The position numbers were made by a program, and so were the translations under genes. From Utricularia gibba (taxonomy: Eukaryota > Plantae > Magnoliophyta), in assembly GCA_002189035.1 (NCBI GenBank), contig CM007989.1:8370001-8434000 (forward strand): 64,000 nt of DNA. Reading direction: 5' to 3'. Of the stretch, positions 33,520-46,430 are shown piece after piece; position 1 is the stretch's first letter; each line of letters begins with the position of its first letter. Below the pieces are notes generated by a model. That model did no database searches. It was given only the letters and a program-made list of their open reading frames with translations, and had not been told where the DNA came from.

Positions 33520-33766
33520 GTGCTTCACTAGAAGGGGCATGGATGGGTGGTGGGTGGGAAGCAACATGGGATTGGTTAAGTGGGGGCTGTGCCTCTGAAG
33601 CTGGTGGTGGTCCCTTGACGTATACCCATCAACACCAACGACGACTCCATCAACCCTGCCTCTTTCTTACAAACAAGAAACAATGAAAAGTGGCAGCCAA
33701 CAACTGCATCCAAACTTTGTCATTAAGCCTCGAAAGATTCCATGTGCGGAGAAAAAGGCCAACCTG
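33520..33766 (-). promoter_or_regulatory. Conserved non-coding blocks upstream of GRF-B (TCP site GTGGTCCC 33607-33614, CCAAT box)
   Basis: Shared with 30515-30768. Confidence 0.65.
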
Positions 33767-34394
33767 AAGAAGAACACGTCCAGTGACGTTACCTGTGCCC
33801 CGGCTCCTTTCGTATGGCGCCTACGAATCTCGGGAGCTGAGCTGAGCTGAGCTGAACCACTCCTAAGAAGCAGCAGCAGCAGCAGCAGCAGAAGGCAGCA
33901 TACCGTATTGTATTATATTGTTGTTGTTAAATCAAATAGCGAATATTTGATTTGATTGTATTAGTTACGTGGACTGCGTCCTCAGGTCACGTGTCTGCCA
34001 CATGATCCTGGAAGGGTCCAGGGGGCGGGCGGGCGGGGCGGACTCTGAAACACCTCGTGGTGTGTATCTGCACTCTGCAGCGCCCCCTGGCCCACATCCT
34101 CCTTTTCTTTGGATCTCGGTCAAAACCCCCCGTCCCCACAGCCTGGGCCCCACCATGGGCTCCTTTTACCAGGACTCTCGGCCCAAGCCCATTTGCCAGC
34201 AGCCACCGGCCCACTTGATGAAGCTTTGGCACCACAACAGAGAGCATATATATAATATATACCCCCTAGAGACCACATCCAACAGGCAGTTTAAATGCAT
34301 TGTAGATCGCAGGCAGTCAATGGAGCTGTGTGTCTGTGCCCAGGACCAATCCAATCCAATCCTGAGCCCAATGGATCTGGGCAGACGCAGCACC

Positions 34395-34395
<1 letters not shown>

Positions 34396-34430
<35 letters not shown>
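34396..34430. repeat. (TC)17 microsatellite
   Basis: Directly visible. Confidence 0.97.
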
Positions 34431-34434
<4 letters not shown>

Positions 34435-34722
34435 GGAGTCTGCCTGCAGAGTGCAGAGCAGACAGAATGTGTGTCGTCTGTCTCTCTGTCTGTCTGATCT
34501 TCCACCAAACCCCCTCCACCGCGATTAAAAAGAACAACCTGGCAGCAGGTAACTCTAAAATTACCAGGATAAAAGTGTGACTGTGCGCACAGATACAACA
34601 CACACTAGGGATACGCATAAAGAAAGAAAACCAGCTGGCATACACATGCGAGTGGTAGTGAAACACTCGGTGGCCAAAACAGAGAGAGAGCAGAATAAAT
34701 GCTGGATCGCAGATTTCAAGTT

Positions 34723-37360
34723 TCACTTCTGCCCTCTGAAGTACGAGTATACTCGCTGCAAGGAGAAGGCAAGTAGATCTAATAAATCTATGATGCTACC
34801 AACCCAGCAACCAAACATGTATGGTGAAGCAAACAAGAAGAACGCCTGCGTAGTCAGTCAGTCATATGGGCTATCTCACCTGGAGCACCACTAAGCTGAG
34901 CAGCGCTTCCAAGCAGAATAATGCAAATCCAACCAGGTAGAAGACCTGCAAAGTTGGCAACGCGTGGTTGCAGTAGAGTGTTTATTATGAAACAGCCCGT
35001 GGTGCACCAAGACACAGAAAAACCAAATTTAAATCATGAAAAGCGGAAGCAATCAGTGACTCATTACGCCAACCATAGTATGCAATTAACCATGACTAAA
35101 AAGGCAAGTTAAGATGAGATGGATGAAATACTCACCCCGACCAACAAATGATCAGAAAAGCCACCTATAACTGCAAGGATACCACTGAATCAAAAGAAAA
35201 CAAAGATTATTTTCTGATAACAGGTTTTATATACAAAATTTTTACACAATGCTGGAAGACTAGGGGTGCAAGGAGAAGAAAAAAGAAAGTCCAAGAGCCC
35301 TACGTTAAAGATCTCCCATGAAAGAAGATGGGAGGGGCAATGGCAGCAACTATGCAAAACCCAATATGGATCTGCACAGTGTGATCGAGTTTGGAGATAG
35401 CAAATTTGACCATCCGTTAACATAAGATAAAATGAAACAACGAAAAACCATACCAAATAGAAAAAGAAGAACCACCCAAACTTCACTGCGCTGTCATTCC
35501 TGAAAATGGGGTGGGGGCAGGGAAGGCATTATTGTAAAGTGCACGGCAAGAATGAAAGTTATAGCAAGTTGACGTCATTTACCTTACAGCATTGTACAAA
35601 GGCCTATACCACAGGACATACGAAAGAGGGCACCCCAATAACGCATATATAATGGCCAGGAAAAAAATCGTAACACCTACATTTTAAGACGAAATTTAAA
35701 AAAACATTAGCCAACACATCAGTAGCATACAATGACGAATGCATTATGGCAGTCAAAAAGGATTACCGCCACCCCTGATCCATGCAACAGTAATCGCGAG
35801 GATGTTGAACATGAGACAAAGTTCAATACCTACAGAAAGTCACTATCAGAAAGTCATAAAAAGAACTTCACCACAATGTCAAATAGGTGAGGAAAGAATT
35901 ATGAATTGAAATATGGACAAATATACGCCTTTATGATGCATGGTATAATGTTAGATTCGTATGAAATACTTCCTAAAACGAAGGGCCATCCTTAACATAG
36001 TACGTGCATATCTCGCAACTAGTTGGTGCCGAAACTTTCTGAAACTCAAATGGCAAACAACATAAATTCACCTAACCAGCTGGCAAATGCAAGATATTGC
36101 ATCTTTTGAGCATGAACCGGAATTTCATTTGGTATGTCATGATGAATTATTGGGAAGAAGGGGGGCCAATTCCTGTCATCAACAGGTGCAGCAACTGCAT
36201 AGCAGGATTTTTTAGATGATTAGCTGCCAGAATGAAGAGGGTCTTATCACAAAGACGGTTACACCTCAAATTCAAATATTACCAGATGCAACAGCATTTT
36301 CTCTCCATTTAATTTCCTGTAACATAAATGATATTCAGTACTCCGTAAATGAGAAAAAAATTTAGGAGGATCAAAGAATCTGAGATGCCATGTCAATGCA
36401 AGAAAACATGATGGAAAGAATAAAACTCATCCAATTCAACATCTTTCAGGCTAATTTTCTTTTTTTCCATACTTTGTTCCCGTAAGCTACCATAGGAGAA
36501 GCCATCCAAGCCAGATAAACGGAAGGCATCACAAGATCTCCAACTAACGACGTCCGACTACAAATCATAATTTGGTTCCTACCTTCTCTCTCCGGTTCAA
36601 ATCTGCTTCCCAGTTAGAAAGCTCATTCCTCTTTTTGCTGGGGTCCTGAAACATCATACAGTATTAGTTATACTGATGCACTAGCACAAAGAAAAGATCA
36701 ATAATTTGTAGCTTGTGAACATACAACATCTAGTGGTATATCTACAGTTGCATCGTGTTTCTGCCCAAAACCAAAGGCACTGGAAACTGCTTGAGGAACA
36801 CGTGCCTTTGAAGCTGGGCCATTCTGCACGTAATAATTATAAAGCATATAAATGGCGATGCTAACATTCAGGAAGTAGGAGAGCACATTCAAATGAAGCA
36901 ACCGAAGAACTAGGTCCCAGAAGATCAGCCCTGTATTGCAATCCTTATCGTAGGCTGGTGAAACCCAGGATTGCGCTCGGAGAAAATCAGAAGTTCAACT
37001 AGACCAACCCAAGAAGATGCGTATGGATGATAAGACTCTCTTGACTAGACATGCCCAGTAGTCCCCACTGAAAATAGAAAGGAAAAAAATCTAGTTGGCA
37101 TCCGTTTCTTCCGTAACTGTAAATTTCTCCCACCAGTTCGTTTACGCCATTCCTTGGATCCATTGTGAATACACCAAAAAAAAAAAAGAAAATGAAACTG
37201 CCCAAAACAAACGGATCTCCTAACAGCATCCGCACACTCTACACAAAATACTTCAAATCCACAAGAGATGCAAAACAGAAACTTGAAGTGCGGATACCGC
37301 GAATGGATTGACTTCATTCTCCACATCTTCGAATGGATTCGGATCGCTACCCCGAACCAT
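34723..37360 (-). CDS. SCAMP: Secretory carrier-associated membrane protein (SCAMP), 11 exons
   Basis: Not covered by the ORF track. Exons read [21 protein letters not shown]|...[10 protein letters not shown]|...[18 protein letters not shown]...YLAFASWL|...LWYRPLY...|[13 protein letters not shown]|...[10 protein letters not shown]. Confidence 0.95.
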
Positions 37361-37881
37361 TCCCGACTTTGGAATGTCCCAAACCCCAAATCTTCAACGA
37401 AACGCCGAAGTGGCCGCAACCAAGGTCCAGCGATCAAGCGACACTACCGCCGATGAAAAAAAAAAAAAAAAACACGAAACAGGCGTGGCGCGTGGGGAAT
37501 GACGAGACAAGTAAAAGAAAGGGTAAAATAGGCATTTTATTTTGCTGTCTTTTTCTTTGAAAGTGTGTAATGAAAAATGTCATGGGGCAGTGGGACCCGA
37601 GACGAGCCAGCCAACCAATCAGCTTCGCCTACCCTCCGTAATCGGCTCAATGTGCGGTCGCCACGTTAGAAAGCGCGTGGTGTCTAGAACAGTCGTCCCG
37701 AAGTGTTCGTCCGTGGAGGGCCGCTTCGCAGTTTCCTTGGATCTTCCTTCACCTAGAAGTTTTCCTTTTTCTTGACTATAAATAAGCAGCCTGTTCCCCC
37801 TTTTTCATCCTCCGACGACACCCACTTCTCGATTTTCTCTCAAAGTGCAGTAGTAGTACTCCTTCTGGGCATCTGGAACAT

Positions 37882-39419
37882 ATGGATACCACAAATCAGT
37901 CGACGTTTTGGCAGTTCAGCGACAATCTCCGCCTCCAGACCGGTAATTTGTCTAATATGTCGCTTAATGATTCCATTTGGAGCGCTAATTATCCGGCAAA
38001 GCGCACCACGGAGGAGCGCCGGAATTATGATTTCCGCGGCGGGGACGCTGGATCAGCGAGTGATATGAACTTCGATTTCAATATGGACGTATGGAAACCT
38101 CCGGTCAACGAGGTATTCACTCCTGGTATCGATTACACTCGATTTCGATCCGGATCGGCCGGGATGAATGGAGGGTTTAACAAGGGGATTTATCCAACCC
38201 CCTCCTCCAATTTTAAGGCTTATAGTAAACAGGGGGGTTTCGCCAAGAGCTTTATGCTGAATGAAAAGGTGAACAAGGGTAAGAACGAGGAGGATCTTGG
38301 TAAAAATGGGAAGAAGAATAAAGGTAACAGGGATGTTGCCAAGGATAACGGCGGCGGTAAATCGGAGGTGGATAAAAGGTTCAAAACTCTGCCACCGGCC
38401 GAAGCGTTGCCAAGAAGCGAAACTATTGGTGGGTATATTTTCGTGTGCAATAACGACACCATGGCTGAGAATCTCCAGAGGCAGCTATTTGGTACGCCCG
38501 TTTGCCTTTTCTCTGTAAAAAAAAAAAAAAAAAGGAGCTTTAAGTCTTTTCTCGTTATGGTTTTTGTTGGAAATTTGCTTCTTTGAACATGAGTGGTTCC
38601 GTTCCCCTTTACTCCTGCTGTTCCTTCGTGCCTTTGCCATCTCCTTTACAGACCAAGCGAAGTTTTTGTTTATATCGTTTGTTGTGGGATTTGACATAGT
38701 TGCAACGTTAGCGGGTCCGGTTAATTGGTGCATGCTTGGTTGTTGTGGCTTCCTTTTGGGAATCTTTTGACGTAGATATTAAATCGAAAGTTTTACCCTT
38801 TGCAGGTTTACCTCCTCGTTACCGTGATTCGGTACGCGCGATCACACCAGGGTTGCCTCTCTTTCTCTACAATTACTCGACTCACCAACTCCATGGAATC
38901 TTTGAGGTACTGTTTTCATACACGTGTTTTCTTTTGCCTAGATGAAACATCGTGCACTAGCACCAGCCTGTGCGCGTTGATCTAGCCGTTCTCATTCATC
39001 TTATCTCATGTGCGCTTTAGGCTGCCAGCTTTGGTGGCACGAATATTGATCCCACAGCTTGGGAGGACAAGAAAAACCCCGGCGAGTCACGCTTCCCTGC
39101 TCAGGTTTGTTCTTTCTACCATCGCAAAACGCTGACTAAAGGTTGTCATGTCACCACCATTACCATTCTTTTCCTTGTGGTAGGTTCGTGTGGTTACAAG
39201 GAAGATCTGCCAGCCTATGGAGGAAGACTCATTCCGGCCAATTCTTCACCATTACGACGGTCCCAAGTTCCGACTGGAACTCAATATCCCAGAGGTAATG
39301 CTTGTCCACTACTTGCATTGACTTATTTGATTGATCGGCAAACCAACTCGCGCCATGGATTGCTGCAGGCTCTTTCCCTGTTGGACATTTTTGAAGAGAA
39401 TGGGAGTGAGTACTCTTAG
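37882..39419 (+). CDS. NRP: DCD-domain N-rich protein (NRP/B2-like)
   Basis: STFWQFSDNLRLQTGNLSNMSLNDSIWS; DCD domain GGYIFVCNNDTMAENLQRQLFGLPPRYRDSVRAITPGLPLFLYNY...FPAQ...DLPAYG region. Confidence 0.93.
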
Positions 39420-39847
39420 GCATCCGCATACACTAAACAACAGAAATGGAGGCATGAAGTTAAAAGCTTCAAGAACCCTCTTCGTATACTACATACATCT
39501 CCTCCCCCCTGACCCCCCCCCCGCTCATGTAAAACGACCCAACTTACCGTGTTAAACAATGGTAAATGGAACTCATTCATTTGTTGCCTGAAACGTGCTA
39601 TTTTCAATGGCAAGTTGGATGTTTGAAACGTTTGTGAACTGAAATGAAATGGTGCCCGCTGGAAGAAAACCATGCACTACTGCTGTAGGCTATCGCCAAG
39701 GGACGAAGCTTCGCTATGCTAAATGTTAGAATAACCAACAAAGATGTTGACTAAACACCACCGCGGCTGACAACAAACACAACACAAACCCCGCCCGAGC
39801 TGAGCGTATTAACTTGCGACAGTTTCTAGCAGCTTGTTCTGTGGCCA

Positions 39848-41945
39848 TCAGTTGCGATAATTGTGATTCCTGGACCATGGGAGCCTGCTCTGGCCACCTC
39901 CATTTCTTCTAGCCCCAGCCCCATTCTTATTCATCATCCGCTGCTCCTTCATGCTGGCAAAGAGGGAGTCCAACGTCTGAGGCTTCTGCTTCGGGGCTAC
40001 AGCCACGGGGCTGCCGCCTGCTGCACGGGTTTCTGAAAATTTTACAGCAGAGTATTCGTACGTCATCTCTCGAATTTGCAATGTTGGGAGCACCTCCGAT
40101 GCTGTCTCCCCCATTCATGTGTACCAGCTCACAATAAAAGATACCATTACCTTCATGTTAAAACCTCCTCCATTACCAGCACGGTTTTGAACAAACTGGG
40201 ACACCACCCTGCGCCAAGAATCACAAGGCAAAATTGTATTTTACAAGGAGGAAGTTGAGAAGCAATGCTAACCAGGAATACAAAGCACCAAGCGATGGAT
40301 GAGATGTGCCGGGATCAATTTCAGCCACCCCATCCAAAGAGAAGTTAGATTACGAAACATTCTCTTCGCTTTAGATGTCTCATGGTTCATTCTCAACAAC
40401 GCAAAGCATATAATGACCCAATTCAGACCCAAGCAGTAATCTTTAATTTCAACAACACGGCTTTGTGCCATCAATGCAGACCCAAGCAGACTGAGCTTTT
40501 TCTGGTTTCCCAAAAAACACAACTTTTGGCCATTCAAAAGCAAGCAATCAAGCTGAAATAACTCCTTTTCACGGAATCCATCATCTTTTGTGCTTAGGTT
40601 CTGCCATGATGCCAACTCATCCGATAGGCATGCATTCGAATGCAAGGCAACACCAACCGTTAAAGAAACCAGGAAGCAGACACTTCAAGAACAAGGAAAA
40701 TAGATAAAATATAACTTCCAGGGGTGAGAGTGATTGAGCATTCATGACGGAATTCTACAATCTGCATGAAAGATGAACTGCAGTACAGGAGAAGTCTTGC
40801 CACGACTCAGCACAACTCTAAAAGAGTTGTTCCTTGATGTTCACAAAACCCCTCCCAACACATTTCAGGAATGAATTGGGCAATTTCAGAAGATGACGGT
40901 GTCCAAAACCCATCCAAGAGCTAGCCACCACAACAGGCATTTTTTTTTGAATGAAGTAAATGACAAAGTATCTGAGTAAATAATCTCCAAACTTTCAAGC
41001 ATGGAAATTATTGCAGAAAACATTCCAAGTACTTTCTCCAGGGACACAGAAAACAGGTTTTAAAACACTATACTTAAATCTGCCACTGCATCATCTCCAG
41101 ATAAACTTTCATGCAAGGCTCATACTTCCGTTGCAGCGAAAATCTTAATTTCTCAGGCTTCCCAAATCTCAAACCAGAATATTCTAGGAATACGCATCAA
41201 ACCCAAATTTCAGGAGGAATAAAATGGCCCAATTTTTATATAAACAGATCTCATATCGTGCAGGTTTGATTCCTCCCAAGAAAATTCAGATGAGAAACTC
41301 GCTTCATTAAATGCAAGCACAGGCTAGTACTGCATAAGAACAAAGGCCATATATTACCTGCACAATTAAAAACACAATTGGTAAGACTTGGCTGAAACCA
41401 TCTAGTTTGGAAATAGCCATCAGCAACCTACCTTGGTTTATTGAAATGGAAGGCTCTGCTTTGATTAACAGGTCTCTTTTGGATGGGGGAAACATAGGCC
41501 CTTTTAGCAGCTTCATTAGTGAAAGGGAATTGATTTTCCTGAAAGCTTGATCTCCTTTGAGCAAGGACTCCCTGTCTAAGATATGATCTTGAGTTTATGA
41601 ATCTTTCTGCCTTCAAAGATTTATTCTGAGCAGCATTGTTGAAAACCTTTTGGTTTCGGTTCTGCAAGGAAAAAGAAATATATGAGAAGATCCTCAAAAT
41701 GGATACCAACTACCCTAGCATTCAAAGGGGGCAAAAGCATCTTACTGCAACTCTTTGCTTCTTTGGCTTTACAGAGACATTCTTAGACATCTTAATTATG
41801 TCATCTGCAATAAAGAACAAACACAATGAGTTTTAAGTAACAGAATTCGCAAAAAAAGAACGCGCTTTGAAAACATACCCAGAGTCATATCCATTTTCTT
41901 CTCCGTGAGGGCAATTGTTTCACTAGTCATGGGCTTCGCTGCCAT
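39848..41945 (-). CDS. UAP56-interacting export factor-like protein (At4g10970-like)
   Basis: MAAKPMTSETIALTEKKMDMTL|DDIIKMSK...RQGVLAQRRSSFQENQFP...KPQTLDSLFASMKEQRM...LPW. Confidence 0.85.
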
Positions 41946-42729
41946 CTGAAATCATGAAAGATTAATCAAATCAACGACTGAAATACCAAATACAGCAAGA
42001 AACAAATAACAAAGTAAACATACATATTAAAAAGAAGATAAAATAGAATTGCACTACTGTGGAACACAATTTACTTAGAGAGCCTGTATCAACAAACGTT
42101 TTTTTTTTCTTTTTTGTTCACCAACAAAACAATCCATGAAACAGAAAGGCGTTTTTTTTCCGTAGACATGAAATAACAGCGCCTGATTTCCCACGGCCAC
42201 AAGAGCCAACACCAGATCCAGGAACCCAACACCATCACTTGGAAAATAAATCTCCCACGAAACAACAGAAGCGAAATACGAAGCGCTCGGGCCGTCAAAA
42301 AATCCCTAATTTATCCGCAACTTCAAGATAGAGATAGAACAATAAACGACTCAACTGGAAATCGGAAGCCGGGGAGGCGCGCGGAATGCGATTGCAGAAA
42401 GCTAGGGTTTGGTATGTCGGTAGACGAAAGAAAAGGGTGAAGGCTTGGCGAGCAAGAAACGCAATAGGAGATAGGGGCGGGGGTTCCTGCGCGGGTGTGC
42501 TGCATAAATAGAGCACCGCTCTCGCTTAATTTTGGAAGTATAATATCGGATATTCCGGTAAATCCTTTCTCAGGTATTTCATTAAAAATATTTTCAAAAC
42601 AATATTAAATATCTCATCATAGCATTGCGACCATGGGAAGCGCATGCAGTTGGCATTATTGCAGTCCCTTCAGCAAGAATTCAGGAGGCAGCATTTCGTT
42701 ATTGTGCTTTGGGAGGATGAAATGGTTCA

Positions 42730-44541
42730 TCAGTTGACGCCGTAGACCCACTTCTCAGCGTTGCTGGTGTAAGAAACCAACTCCTCAGGCTTAAACCACA
42801 GGCTGATCTCGTCCTTGGCAGTCTCCGGACCGTCACTCCCGTGGATGATGTTTCTGCCCATTGTTTGTGGTATCCAGATCATTGTCATGTACGGTGAGCA
42901 AGAGATGCGTGTGTGGATCATTCGTACCTTCCAACCACGACAGCCAGATCTCCCCTGATGGTTCCCGGCTCGGATTTTTGAGGATCTGTGGCGCCGATGA
43001 GTTTGCGGCCATATTTGATCACCCCTTCGCCCTCCCAGACCTGGCAGAGTAAGAACATGGCACACCATGCGGCTCTCAAAATGCTGACATAAACAAGACA
43101 CAAACTGAGTTTTTTTACTTACCATGGCGAGAACCGGTCCAGAGCTAAGGAAGTCGCATAAACCATTGAAGAAGGGCCTTTCCTTGAGATCATGATAATG
43201 CTGCTCAGCAAAGTTTTTAGTGGGAATCACAATCTTGATGGCTACAAGCTTGAAACCCTTCCTCTCAAACCGGGAGATGATTTCTGAAATCTGCAAGACA
43301 AAAGTTGTGCATCTGATTTAAAATGCACCAGATAGTGGGTGATATAGATAGTAGAGAACTGATTTTGCATTTTAGAGGATGTAGGAAGGCATTAAAATTC
43401 TGCAAGAATTAGCACATACCAATCCTCTTTGGACTCCATCAGGCTTGATGGCAATGAATGTTCGTTCCAACTAACATTAAAACAAGAAATTCCTTAATCA
43501 TTCAGCAAACTGGTATAAACAAAGGTGGTCAGTGAACCGATTGAAAAACACGCGTATGACTACCTCCGCTGCTTGTGCTTCTTGATCCTGAAGCATCATC
43601 AAACCTGGGAATGCACAGAAACAGTGGAGGAAAAAAGGTAATTCAAGTATTCATAGCATTTCTATTTTGAGAACACTGTTAGCAACATAACACCAGTTCA
43701 ACACAGGAGACCAGAGTGGCCATCTACAGCAGCAGCTAATCCAAATATTTAACCACAGATTAAGCAAATTCATTGCCAAGTATACAGTGTTGAATTGTTG
43801 TTGATTGTGCAGATATTTATAATTCAAATGAGAATTAAACTCGAATGATCACAAGAAACACATTCTGAACCAGATCAAAGAAGAAAATGAAAATTTGTTA
43901 CGAAACCTGCAACTGGAACACCAAGAGCCCAACCAGCGTATGCATTTCTAGACTCAGATGCGCCCTGTGGCAACAGAGTTGGCACTCTTCCACGGGATAA
44001 AACAGCTGCTGCTGCCGCAACAGATCGACCACCTGAGATTGAATAACGTTTCAGCTTTCACCACTCGATCATACCATTGGCATTTCGGGTTCTGTAAACT
44101 GCCGACAACACAGTCTTATCCCTCAACAAACAAAACATCAGTTCGACAACGTAACGGAGATCCCACGCTTTATGAAGAATTGGAATCCAATTCGCTTCAC
44201 AAAAAGCATTCACGAATGAAGACGATTTCGTTCCAGTAATCTCAACAAACCGTTAATTCAGAACGCCACCCATAGAACACTCGATGATACAACCGATTTT
44301 AGTCCAAAAAATTGCTAGTAGCTCAGTACACAGTACGATTCTCCAAAAAAATATAATAAAAAAGCACACTGTGCTACGACGACTCAAGGACTGATTGCAT
44401 TTGAAACAAGAGATCGATCAGGAATAGGGTTCCACATAATTCCCCTGAAAATATGAAGAAATTACCGCCATAGGAGCGGGCAGACTGCTTCGAAACGACA
44501 GAAATGAAGGATCTCGCAGATCTGAAAGCCTGAGTCCTCAT
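42730..44541 (-). CDS. NDPK3: Organellar nucleoside diphosphate kinase 3/4 with targeting presequence
   Basis: [12 protein letters not shown]...[16 protein letters not shown]...[11 protein letters not shown]...[21 protein letters not shown]...EKWVYGVN. Confidence 0.96.
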
Positions 44542-44949
44542 TATGATTCAAATGTTGTAGGCCAGACGAGACAGGAGCTCCGATATTCTTAGCCGACGGC
44601 GAGAGCAGCAGTTTCTGTTCTCTAGCGTTTATACAGATCAACACCCCTTTTATGTGGCGTGTGGTTATTCCCACCTTTTGACCCACCGAAAGAAGCGCTG
44701 AATATACCATTTTTATTGGAAAATTAATTTATTCCCCTTTTTTACATTCATTGTTACGCTATTAGAAAAACATAGCCTATTAATTTATATTTGAAATGTA
44801 TGAATTTAAATATATTAAATAATCACATATCAAAAAAATTAATATGAAATACATTATTTTTTTTTAATAAACACAAAAGATTATTTTAAAAATGCTATCA
44901 AATATTTCTATTAGATAAAATATCCCAACCAAAACAAAGCTATTTTTGT

Positions 44950-46430
44950 ATAATATATAAAAATAAGGTACAACTCCATAGTGCCGGTATGAAGGTGTGG
45001 ACTATATATACATACATATGCAGGAGAAGCTGAGTCCACCGGCAGGGCGGCCAACCTCGACTGGATTTGAAAACATACAATCGAGAAAACACGCTGAAGC
45101 AGGGATGCATGATTCCACGAACAGTTCCAAACTGATTTTGGATCCCCACAGCTGCATAGAACAGCCACGGCGACTTCCAGTGACAATTCACCATGCAGTT
45201 CCATGGAGAAGGAAGGTCAAACTTACATAAAACCAGAATTCTTCAATACAAACCACAGTCGAAATAGCACAACAACAACGAACGTCTCTCACCAGTAATA
45301 AGATGGTGAAAGTACTCTACTGTCAACTCAAAAATGCCAGAAGACAGGTCATGATCATTATCAGAAAGAACCGGATGCCTGTGGACATGGCATAGAGATA
45401 TATACACAAGATCCTTCAATGACAACGAAGCGAGGAACCAATCTTTAACTTCAGCATCATCAATGGGAGGAGTTTCCCCAGGAAAAGCTTCCCATGTCTG
45501 AGGATAATTTTGAAGGACACATTACATCAAACCTACAGTAGAAGTGTCAAAGCAGGGCATCAGTGGAGATGAAAGGATGCCCTTCTCCACGAAAGATAGC
45601 CTGAAAGGCGAGAGGAAAAAATGTATTTCATCAACATGCTCCAATCTGATTCACCAGCAGTAGGATGTTTAACACGTAATGATACTGATTGCATCGGAAA
45701 AGGAGCATGAAATGGATAGGGGAAGGAAAGCCATTGCTTACTACAGCACTCAGAATGACCTGTGATTCCTAGTAAATGATCAATATCTAAAAGAAAGCAA
45801 TGAGATTGTTCTACTGTGACGATTCATTGTTGCACTGATCGAGAGAAAACCTCACAAACGAAACTTTTTTACTGTGGGTCGATGTAGAGTTGGCCTAAAG
45901 GATATACCTTTTCTTGGCCAGTCTTCCAAGGGCAACCCTTCAAACTAAACATATCCATTATGGATGAAGCAGCAATTCAAAAACTCCTTTGAAGGAAAGG
46001 GGTCATATCCTCTACAAAACGCAGGGAGATCAAGTATTCAGCTCTTCATCCGAAGTAGTGAAACCCCCATACCTAAGACATTGAGCAACAAGCTATCATC
46101 ATCGCCAAATTATTCACCAAGTTATCAGATCAAGAGATAACGTAACTCGTGATAACTCAAAAATGTAACTATTTCTCGGTTTACCATAGCAAACTCATCA
46201 TCGTACACAACAGATGCCACCTTTAACTTACTAAGATAACGAACCTCGCATCCACATCACATTTCTTTTCACGTTTAGACTAAAAAAGAAGGGGACAACA
46301 GGAATAATTGGACGTAAAAACCCAACTGCCAACTTTAACTAACTAAGATAACGATATAAACCTCCCATCACGGATTCCGCCGCATACGGAGGTGGATAAA
46401 GAGGCAGCAGTTATGGAAGCCGGGAGAAAA
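44950..46430 (-). ncRNA. Candidate non-coding transcript, possibly a snoRNA cluster or host
   Basis: Pyrimidine-rich start next to an AT-rich promoter; two ATGATGA...CTGA box pairs (~46202-46125 and ~46103-46038); splice-like sites; no ATG-initiated ORF of recognisable type. Confidence 0.25.

Noticed and set aside
30470-33650. Shared peptide TS(G/R)DHH(E/Q)LQ...PSMPLL encoded by the GRF upstream blocks
   Set aside because: There is no ATG, and copy A has TAA immediately before it. The downstream conserved GAAGCAC sits in different frames in the two copies, so conservation is at DNA level (TCP/CCAAT sites).
40268-40645. 125-aa ORF inside the large UIEF-like intron
   Set aside because: No recognisable homology or convincing splice context.
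45760-45772. 11-nt complement to 18S rRNA (ATTCCTAGTAA) as a snoRNA guide
   Set aside because: It is not positioned directly before a D box, and matches of this length are expected by chance over 1.5 kb versus ~5 kb of rRNA.
45901-45920. ATACCTTTTCTTGGCC resembling the U2 snRNA 5' end
   Set aside because: Similarity stops after ~16 nt; there is no Sm site or USE/TATA promoter.
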